A stretch of 64,000 bases of DNA from assembly GCA_029219345.1 (NCBI GenBank), contig JAQXTF010000071.1, positions 24-64,023 of the forward strand. The letters are read 5' to 3'. Of this stretch, positions 1 through 6,977 are shown one piece after another. The number at the start of each line of letters is the position of its first letter. Within the stretch, counting starts at the first letter, position 1. The notes beneath the pieces were generated by a model that searched no databases, had not been told where the DNA came from, and saw nothing but the letters and a program-made list of their open reading frames with translations. Origin of the DNA: Eggerthellales bacterium. Its GTDB lineage: Bacteria; Actinomycetota; Coriobacteriia; Coriobacteriales; Eggerthellaceae. A program made the translations under genes and the position numbers.

Positions 1-372
1 GCCCTGAGAAATATAGGTGCAGGTGGGAATAGAGCCGAAGGGCACTACGTCAACGGTTCCCTTAGAGAGGGCGGGCATGATTTCAGGGAAGCCGCCGCCG
101 AAGGGGTGCTGCTCAATAGCGAGTTTTTCCTGCTCGTAGTACCCTTTCTGCAAAGCAATACCGATGGGGGAAATCTTGGTGTCTTTCAAGTTCACGACAA
201 CGGCCAGCTGTTCCATGTCCTTATTGATTTCAATCACGGGCATGCCTACAGAGGTGGAAGCAGAGGCCGAAGCGGAAGTGGAGGTGGAAGTAGAGGCGCA
301 GCCCGACAAACAGAAGCCTGCGAGGGTGGTTGCGGTTGCGGCAATGAAGCTGCGACGAGTAAGCGAGCGCAT
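1..372 (-). CDS. Solute-binding lipoprotein of an ABC transporter (NitT/TauT/SsuA-like). Only the N-terminal part is present; the gene continues past the window start.
   Basis: My own minus-strand translation from the ATG (rc of 370-372) gives MRSLTRRSFIAATATTLAGFCLSGCASTSTSTSASASASTSVGMPVIEINKDMEQLAVVV...GGGFPEIMPALSKGTVDVVPFGSIP. It has an RR-containing signal peptide, a lipobox LSGC and a Ser/Thr/Ala linker. There is no stop in the window, so it is absent from the ORF track. Confidence 0.6.
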   Translation of the reverse strand, partial: MRSLTRRSFIAATATTLAGFCLSGCASTSTSTSASASASTSVGMPVIEINKDMEQLAVVVNLKDTKISPIGIALQKGYYEQEKLAIEQHPFGGGFPEIMPALSKGTVDVVPFGSIPTCTYISQG

Positions 373-546
373 GGAGGGGTCCTTTCATTCCTAAAAGTTC
401 TGGGAATATGTTTTCATCCATTAGTGGACAAGCACTAATAATAGTTAGATACCTACTAAATTTCAACCATATCTATCATTTTTAATAAAGAATGAGAAAG
501 ATAGGGGTAAAATGCGTAGCATTAAATACACTGGAAGGACTGCGCA

Positions 547-1665
547 ATGAACAAACCTGCCTATATGGTTGTGACGGGCTTTTTGGGTGCTGGCAAAACC
601 ACCAGCATGATTGCTATGGCCCGCGTCATCAATAAAAAGTACGGCAAGGGCGGTATTATCGCCAACGATTTGGGTGCGAAGAATCTGGTGGATGCCGATT
701 TAACCCGTATGGCCGATGTGGAAATCTCCGAAATTACTGGCGACTGCATTTGCTATGTTACTGAAGACCTGGTGTTTCGCATTGATGGTCTGGTTGATCA
801 TGGCTGTACCGTGGTTATGTCCGACATCCCTGGCTCTGGTTTGGGCTCTCTTGATCATGTTGTTATTAAAATCAAGGAAGACTATCCTGAAAAATATGAG
901 CTGCTGCCTCTGACTTGCATTGTTGATCCCGAGCGCCTGCGCATGATTTTGCCCGAGCGTGCCAATATCAACCTGCCTGAGGAAATGCGCTTCTTGTTAA
1001 ATGCCCAGATTGCAGAGGCTGATCTTATCGTCCTCAATAAGACTGATATGCTTTATGAAGAGGAACTGGCCGCAGACCTGGAGTTTATTCGCACGGCATA
1101 CCCTGACATTCCTGTTATGTGCATGAGCGCCCGCACCGGTGAAGGCGTGGAAGAAGTGGTTGATTACCTTATGGAACATCGTGCCGCCGCCGTTCATCGC
1201 GAGATTGGCTATGGCTCTGATGAGATGGACCAGGCTGAGCGTCAGATGTGCTGGTACAATCGCCGCTTCTTCGCCAAGGAGAAGAATGGCGCAAATATTG
1301 ATTTCAACCAGGTGGTTGATGATTTCTTCGAATCCATTCGCGACGGCCTCATTGATGCCAAGCGCAACGTGCCTCATCTGAAGCTTTTCGCTTCGGGCGA
1401 GGGGGAAGACTACGTGAAGGCTTCCCTTATTGGCGTTGATTACGATATCGAATACGATCACAAGCTTCAGCAGGACTATACCGCTATGGCCATCATCGTG
1501 AACGCTCGCGCGCTTTGCGAATCTGACACTATGGCTGAAATCGTTGACGATGCCATTGATGCCATCAAGGAGCGCCATAACTTGAAGTGCCAGACCATTT
1601 TTACCGAATGCTTTGGCTTTTACGACGAGGGCCGTCGCAATGGTGGTCGCGCCAGCAAGTTCTAG
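547..1665 (+). CDS. G3E-family P-loop GTPase (CobW/HypB/UreG superfamily, COG0523-like) with an uncharacterised C-terminal domain of about 170 aa
   Basis: Walker A is GFLGAGKTT. GDCICYV occupies the position of the CobW GCICC metal motif. An NKTD G4 motif is present (LIVLNKTDM). RBS GGAAGGA lies upstream of the ATG. Confidence 0.7.
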   Translation: MNKPAYMVVTGFLGAGKTTSMIAMARVINKKYGKGGIIANDLGAKNLVDADLTRMADVEISEITGDCICYVTEDLVFRIDGLVDHGCTVVMSDIPGSGLGSLDHVVIKIKEDYPEKYELLPLTCIVDPERLRMILPERANINLPEEMRFLLNAQIAEADLIVLNKTDMLYEEELAADLEFIRTAYPDIPVMCMSARTGEGVEEVVDYLMEHRAAAVHREIGYGSDEMDQAERQMCWYNRRFFAKEKNGANIDFNQVVDDFFESIRDGLIDAKRNVPHLKLFASGEGEDYVKASLIGVDYDIEYDHKLQQDYTAMAIIVNARALCESDTMAEIVDDAIDAIKERHNLKCQTIFTECFGFYDEGRRNGGRASKF

Positions 1666-1677
1666 TAAGGTAGAAAG

Positions 1678-3717
1678 ATGATTCCAACCACCATCCACGA
1701 AGAGGTTCAGGCCTATTACGGTAAGCATCTGGCGGGTTCTGATGACCTGAAAACAGATGCCACCTGCTGCACCACCAGCGCGCCTCCGCGTTATGTGGCC
1801 GAGGTTATGCCTCTTATTGCTGATGAAATCATTGCGCGTTTTTATGGCTGCGGTTCGCCTATTCCTCCTGCTCTGGAGGGTGCGACCGTGCTTGACCTGG
1901 GCTGCGGCACTGGACGCGACGTGTACGTGCTGTCCAAATTGGTAGGCCCCACGGGTCGTGTTATTGGCGTAGACATGACTCCCTCTCAAATTGAGCTGGC
2001 TCAGAAATATCAAGACGAGCAGCGCGAACGTTTTGGCTTTGAAGAGAGCAATGTTGAGTTCCGTCTGGGGTACATTGAAGATTTGAAGGCCTGCGGCATT
2101 GAAGATAACAGCATTGACCTGGTGGTTTCCAATTGTGTGGTGAACCTTTCCCCCTTTAAGGATTTGGTTCTTTCCGAGGTTTATCGCGTGCTGAAGCCGG
2201 GTGGCGAGCTGTATTTCTCGGACGTGTATTCCGACCGCCGTATGACCGATGAGCTGCGCAACGACCCTGTTTTGGTGGGCGAGTGCCTGGGCGGTGCCTT
2301 GTACGAAAAAGACTTCCGCGATCTTATGGCTCAGGTGGGATGGCCAACTTTTGTGCATACGGTTGTGGACGACATGCACGTAGGCGCCCTTGACCTTCAG
2401 ACCAAGCTGGGATTTATGTCCTTCAAGTCATGCACGGTGCGCGCCATCAAGACCGACGGATTGGAAACCGAAGAAGAAGATTACGGCCAGGTTGCCACCT
2501 ATTTGGGCGGCATGCCTGAGATGCCCCGTTATTTCGATTACTCCAACGAGATTCGATTCAAGAAGGGCAAAGCGGTTGCCATCAGCGGAAATACCGCTCG
2601 TATGCTGAAGGCTTCACGTTATGGCAAGTTCTTCGACATCACTGAGCCTGGTATTCATCGTGGTAGCTTTGATGCCTTGCGCGCTCAGCAGGCTCTGGAT
2701 GTGCATGCTGGTACTTGCAAGATCAACAAGAAATTCTTGGAAGACGCCTATGAGCGCATGGGCTATAAGACTTTTGAAGACCGCGTGGGCGAGCCTTCGC
2801 TTCTTGAGAGCCGTCAGCAGCAGCAAACCATGCAGGTGAATATTACCTACAAGTGCAATTTGGCCTGCAAGCATTGCTATCTTGATTGCGGGCCCGCTAA
2901 TACCGAATGCATGAGCAGGGAAACCATGGAGGCCGTTCTGGCCGCCTTTAAGGCGGGCGGCTTCGCGATTATGGACATTACGGGCGGTTCTCCGGAGCTG
3001 CATCCAGATTTTGAGTGGTTCTTGCGCGAATCGGCAAAGCTTGCCCAAGAGGTGATTGTGCGTTCTAACTTGACCCTTTTGGAAATTCCCCGCTATCAGC
3101 ATCTGATGGATGTTTTTGCCGAAACGGGCGTCCATGTTGTGGCCAGCTTGCCTTTCTATACGGAAGACATGGCAGATAGCCAGCGCGGTAAGGGCGTGTT
3201 TGAGAAAGTTTGCCATATGGCAAAGCAGCTGAACCAACGAGGTTATGGCATGGGCAACGGGCTCGTGCTTGACCTGGTCTTTAATGTTGCTGGCCCCTTC
3301 TTACCGCCTCCTCAGTACATGATTGAAGATGCCTATCGCGTTAAGCTGGAGCAGGAGCAGGGCATTCATTTTGACAACCTGTTCGCCTTCAACAACTATG
3401 CCATTGGCCGCTTTGCCGAGGACTTGCTTGACTCTGGTATGTTCGATACCTACCTGGCGCTTCTGGCTGACAATTTCAATGCCATGGCGGTAACGCGCAT
3501 AATGTGCCTTGATCAAGTGAACGTCGACTACGACGGTCATCTTTATGATTGTGAAGTCAATCATGTTTTGGGATTGCCACTTCAACATGACCAACGTGAT
3601 GCTACAATTTTTGATATGATAAATGGGCAGCTGCCTGCGCGTTGCGTGCGGACGCACCCCATCTGTTACAGCTGTGCTGCCGGTTTTGGCTCCAGCTGTG
3701 GAGGTGCTTTGGTATAA
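1678..3717 (+). CDS. Fusion protein: ArsM-like As(III) SAM methyltransferase (N-terminal) plus ArsS-type radical SAM/Cys-rich domain (C-terminal)
   Basis: The N-terminal half has VLDLGCGTGRD plus ArsM-type cysteines (TCCTT, YGCGSP, SNCVVNL, GECLGGA). The C-terminal half has the CNLACKHCY radical SAM cluster motif and the terminal CYSCAAGFGSSCGG tail seen in the TIGR04167/ArsS family. Confidence 0.75.
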   Translation: MIPTTIHEEVQAYYGKHLAGSDDLKTDATCCTTSAPPRYVAEVMPLIADEIIARFYGCGSPIPPALEGATVLDLGCGTGRDVYVLSKLVGPTGRVIGVDMTPSQIELAQKYQDEQRERFGFEESNVEFRLGYIEDLKACGIEDNSIDLVVSNCVVNLSPFKDLVLSEVYRVLKPGGELYFSDVYSDRRMTDELRNDPVLVGECLGGALYEKDFRDLMAQVGWPTFVHTVVDDMHVGALDLQTKLGFMSFKSCTVRAIKTDGLETEEEDYGQVATYLGGMPEMPRYFDYSNEIRFKKGKAVAISGNTARMLKASRYGKFFDITEPGIHRGSFDALRAQQALDVHAGTCKINKKFLEDAYERMGYKTFEDRVGEPSLLESRQQQQTMQVNITYKCNLACKHCYLDCGPANTECMSRETMEAVLAAFKAGGFAIMDITGGSPELHPDFEWFLRESAKLAQEVIVRSNLTLLEIPRYQHLMDVFAETGVHVVASLPFYTEDMADSQRGKGVFEKVCHMAKQLNQRGYGMGNGLVLDLVFNVAGPFLPPPQYMIEDAYRVKLEQEQGIHFDNLFAFNNYAIGRFAEDLLDSGMFDTYLALLADNFNAMAVTRIMCLDQVNVDYDGHLYDCEVNHVLGLPLQHDQRDATIFDMINGQLPARCVRTHPICYSCAAGFGSSCGGALV

Positions 3718-3744
3718 CAGGAAACGCTGGAGAGGGAGCGGATC

Positions 3745-4590
3745 TTGAAACGTATAGTTGTGGCCGATTCTTCGTCCAATGTTTTCTCGTTGCCGGGCGT
3801 TCAGTACGCATGCGTTCCTCTAAAGATATACGTTGACGGTGTTGAGTACGTTGACGATGAATCCCTCAATGTGCCTGAGCTCATTGAGGCCCTTGAAGCT
3901 TACCAGGGGCCTTCTACTACATCATGTCCTAATGTTGTCGATTGGTTGACGGCATTTGGCCAGGCAGATGAGGTGTTTGCTGTTGCACTGACAAGCGGCA
4001 TCTCGGGCGGATACAACGCCGCCTGCGCTGCGGCGCGCGAGTACATGGAAGATTATCCAGGCCGCAAAGCGTATGTGCTTGATTCAAAAACCACTGGTGC
4101 CGAGCTTGAAGTCATCGTGGAAGAGTATGCCCGTCTGTGCCAAACCGATGCCACCTTTGAAGAAATCGTTGAAGCCATCGAGGAATTTTCTACGCGAAGC
4201 CATCTGATGTTTGCCTTGAAAAAGGTGGAGAATTTTGCGAAGAACGGTCGTGTGAACCCCTTGGTTGCCCGTTTGGCAACCGCTTTGGATATTCGTATAG
4301 TTGGTCAGGCAAGCGACGGGGGAGAGCTTCAGCTGCTGCAGAAAGTCCATGGCGAAAAACGTGCTTTGCGCCAACTTCTGAAGAATATGATTGCTGCAGG
4401 ATTTGCTGGCGACATGGTTCGTTTGCGTCATACCGCCAACCCTGAAGCTGCCCAGAAACTGGCTGATGAAATCAAGAAAAGCTTCCCCGATTGCAATATT
4501 CGCATCAGCGAGAACCGAGGCTTATGCTCCTATTATTGCGAGCGGGGCGGCATTTTGGTTGGCTTTGTTGTCCCAAAAACGCAAAAATAG
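3745..4590 (+). CDS. DegV-family fatty-acid-binding protein
   Basis: N-terminus KRIVVADSSSNV...; TSCPNVVDW and LTSGISGGYNAA resemble the DegV fold. TTG start is preceded by GGAGAGGGAG. Confidence 0.8.
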   Translation: MKRIVVADSSSNVFSLPGVQYACVPLKIYVDGVEYVDDESLNVPELIEALEAYQGPSTTSCPNVVDWLTAFGQADEVFAVALTSGISGGYNAACAAAREYMEDYPGRKAYVLDSKTTGAELEVIVEEYARLCQTDATFEEIVEAIEEFSTRSHLMFALKKVENFAKNGRVNPLVARLATALDIRIVGQASDGGELQLLQKVHGEKRALRQLLKNMIAAGFAGDMVRLRHTANPEAAQKLADEIKKSFPDCNIRISENRGLCSYYCERGGILVGFVVPKTQK

Positions 4591-4734
4591 GGTCTGAACA
4601 GCCCAAACAATCAAAAAAAATCGAATATTGATAGATGCACTACCTTATATGTCGGGGTAAAATTCGGATTGAGTTTCTACGTCTGCGAACATACATACTA
4701 TTGGTCGCAGCATACGTACTAAAGAAGGAGACAG

Positions 4735-5319
4735 TTGGGGGCTGTGCTGGGCATATCGGTTCTTACCGTGGTAGCGTATGGGCTGTTTTTCGCCTATGAC
4801 GTTTTCACGGTGAAGCGCCCTGATTTTTCGCGCTCTGGCGTGCTTTTTACCGCGGGCTGTTTGCTCGTGGTGATTGCTGCACTCATTCTTGCCGTTTCTC
4901 AAGTGACGGCTTGTCCTCGCGATGCTTTTGCTTTGATCTTCGCCCTCATGGCCCTTGCCGCTTTTGCCCTTATGATCAAGGCGCTGTTTTTCAGCTTGCC
5001 CGCGGGCACCTATTCAGACCCCCAGCAGGGAAGGCATGCGTACCAAGGGGGCATGTACGCCCTGTGCCGCCATCCTGGCGTTTTATGGTATTGCATGTTC
5101 TTCCTGTTTATGGCCCTTGCTTTGCGCACCAACATCGCCTTTGTTTGCTGCGCCATTTTGTGCGCTGGCAACGTTGCCTATATGTTCTTTCAGGACAAAT
5201 GGAGCTTTCCCCGCACCTTTTGCGACTACGGTGAATATCAGCAGCGTGTGCCCTTTTTCTGGCCCACTGCAGCCAGCTTTCGTGCCGCCTTCTTATCAAG
5301 GGAAGGGGGTAGAGCATGA
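4735..5319 (+). CDS. ICMT/PEMT-family integral membrane methyltransferase
   Basis: Multi-TM protein with GGMYALCRHPGVLWY (the RHPxY-type motif of isoprenylcysteine carboxyl / phospholipid methyltransferases). TTG start follows AAGGAG. The stop overlaps the next ATG (ATGA). Confidence 0.6.
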   Translation: MGAVLGISVLTVVAYGLFFAYDVFTVKRPDFSRSGVLFTAGCLLVVIAALILAVSQVTACPRDAFALIFALMALAAFALMIKALFFSLPAGTYSDPQQGRHAYQGGMYALCRHPGVLWYCMFFLFMALALRTNIAFVCCAILCAGNVAYMFFQDKWSFPRTFCDYGEYQQRVPFFWPTAASFRAAFLSREGGRA

Positions 5320-6977
5320 GATTTTTGAAGAAATCCCACGATAAAGATTTCGATCTTTACAATGGCGATGATCTGTCAAAGCCTCAAGAGGCATGGGATG
5401 AATACTGCGGTTTCCTGGGTCTTTCCCTTGATGAGTACATGCGTATTCAGCGCCGCTTGATGGAAGAGCAGCTTTCTTTGTGGGTGCCAAGTGGCATTGG
5501 CCAGCAAATTTTGCGTGGCGAGAAGCCTGCGACCATTCAGGATTTCATGCAAAAAGTGCCCCTGACCACCTATGAAGACTATGCAGACATTTTGCTTGCT
5601 CGTCGCGAGGACATGCTGCCTGCCCCTACGGTTACTTGGGTTGAGACAACATGGGAAGGCGGAAAGCGTCCCATCAAGCTGGTACCTTATACCCAAGGCA
5701 TCCTGGACGCCTTCAAGCGCAACGGCAAGGCCATCATTATGTTGGCAAGCGCCAGCGACTGGGGCAAGTACAGCGTGGGCACCAATGTGCTTTCGGGCCT
5801 AGCTCCGCTGCCGTTCCTTACGGGCCTTATGGGCATTATCCTGGATCAGGAATTCCATTTCCGTTTCATGCCCCCTCATAAGACCACCGACACCATGGGC
5901 TTTTCGGACCGCGTGAAATACGGCTTCAAGCTGGCCCTGAACAGCGGTATCGATTACTTCCTTACCATGGGATCCGTGGGCTATTTTATGAGCAAGAAGC
6001 TCACCAAGGCCGTTTCCGGCGGAGGCACGGGCTCTTCTGGCTCCAACGGTCTGCCTTCTCTTACCATGACGCGTCGCGTTTTGAAGGCCCGCAAGAAGGC
6101 TAAGGACGAAGGCCGCGAGATGTTGCCAAAAGACCTTTTTGACCTGCGCGGATTCGTCATCGCCGGTACCGATAACAATTGCTATAAAGACGATTTGGAA
6201 AAGCAATGGGGCATTCGTCCCATGGAGCTTTTCGCGGGCACTGAATGCGGCTTGGTGGGTACTGAAACCTGGAACCGCTCAAGCTTGTATTTCTTCCCTG
6301 ACGCCTGCTTCTACGAATTCCTGCCTGAGGAATACGTGCGCAGCACCGAGCGTCGCCTGCCCACCATCACCATCGACCAGGTGGAAAACGGCAAGATGTA
6401 TGAACTGGTCATCACCTCATTGCGCGGTGGTGCTTTTGCCCGTTATCGCACGGGTGACATGTATCGCTGCGTTGGCATTGGCGACGCAGCCGATCATTCC
6501 CGTTTGCCTCGCTTCAACTACGTTGACCGCGTCCCCGGCGTCATTGACATCGCCGGCTTTACGCGCATCACTGAAAACTCCATCAAGGAGGTAGTGCGTC
6601 TTTCCCGTTTGCCCATTGCCGGTTGGTGCGCTGCCAAGGAATTCGATCGCCAGACGGGCCATCCCTTCTTGCACATGTATGTGGAACTTGACCCCAAAAG
6701 CCTGGAAAGCCTGGCGGTAAGCGAATCCATCATTCGCAGCCATCTTGAGATTTACTTCAAGTACCTGGATACTGACTATGACAGTTTGCGCACCATCTTG
6801 GAGATGGAGCCTCTACAAATCACCTTCCTTCAGAATGGCTCTTTTGAGGCCTTTGAGAAGTTGGAAGGCGAGCCTATTGCGGCCATCAATCCTAGCCAGC
6901 GCCAGATTTCTCAGCTGAAAAGCGTGCTCAGCGAGCAGTGGCCTTATACCGATAAGGGACAGGTGATGCCTCTATGA
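5316..6977 (+). CDS. GH3-family (acyl-acid amido synthetase-like) adenylate-forming enzyme
   Basis: FMQKVPLTTYEDYADIL, TTWEGGKRPIKLVPYT (P-loop-like motif), FAGTECG, and YELVITSLRGGAFARYRTGDMY (GH3 YRxGD motif). It overlaps both neighbours by 4 nt. Confidence 0.6.
   Translation: MRFLKKSHDKDFDLYNGDDLSKPQEAWDEYCGFLGLSLDEYMRIQRRLMEEQLSLWVPSGIGQQILRGEKPATIQDFMQKVPLTTYEDYADILLARREDMLPAPTVTWVETTWEGGKRPIKLVPYTQGILDAFKRNGKAIIMLASASDWGKYSVGTNVLSGLAPLPFLTGLMGIILDQEFHFRFMPPHKTTDTMGFSDRVKYGFKLALNSGIDYFLTMGSVGYFMSKKLTKAVSGGGTGSSGSNGLPSLTMTRRVLKARKKAKDEGREMLPKDLFDLRGFVIAGTDNNCYKDDLEKQWGIRPMELFAGTECGLVGTETWNRSSLYFFPDACFYEFLPEEYVRSTERRLPTITIDQVENGKMYELVITSLRGGAFARYRTGDMYRCVGIGDAADHSRLPRFNYVDRVPGVIDIAGFTRITENSIKEVVRLSRLPIAGWCAAKEFDRQTGHPFLHMYVELDPKSLESLAVSESIIRSHLEIYFKYLDTDYDSLRTILEMEPLQITFLQNGSFEAFEKLEGEPIAAINPSQRQISQLKSVLSEQWPYTDKGQVMPL

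Noticed and set aside
373-546. Imperfect inverted repeat CTATC-N22-GATAG (about 470-505) in the divergent region between the SBP gene and the G3E GTPase gene, considered as a possible ArsR-type operator
   Set aside because: It has short 5-bp arms in an AT-rich region, no regulator gene is nearby, and it could easily arise by chance.
997-2379. Long antisense ORFs opposite well-supported genes. Examples: 997-2379 (-), 12177-14000 (-), 25571-26869 (+), 29572-30615 (-), 31690-32856 (-), 33769-35013 (-), 35472-36614 (-), 53608-55458 (-), 59813-61228 (-).
   Set aside because: Each lies entirely within a CDS on the other strand that has clear family motifs. Their translations are low-complexity and rich in Gly/Ala/His/Asn/Val, as expected for shadow frames of G/C-third-position-biased genes. 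None has a recognisable domain or RBS.
3640-3717. Selenocysteine recoding in the ArsS-type Cys-rich tail
   Set aside because: Some family members are selenoproteins, but here all positions are TGT/TGC codons. No in-frame TGA or downstream SECIS-like hairpin is present.
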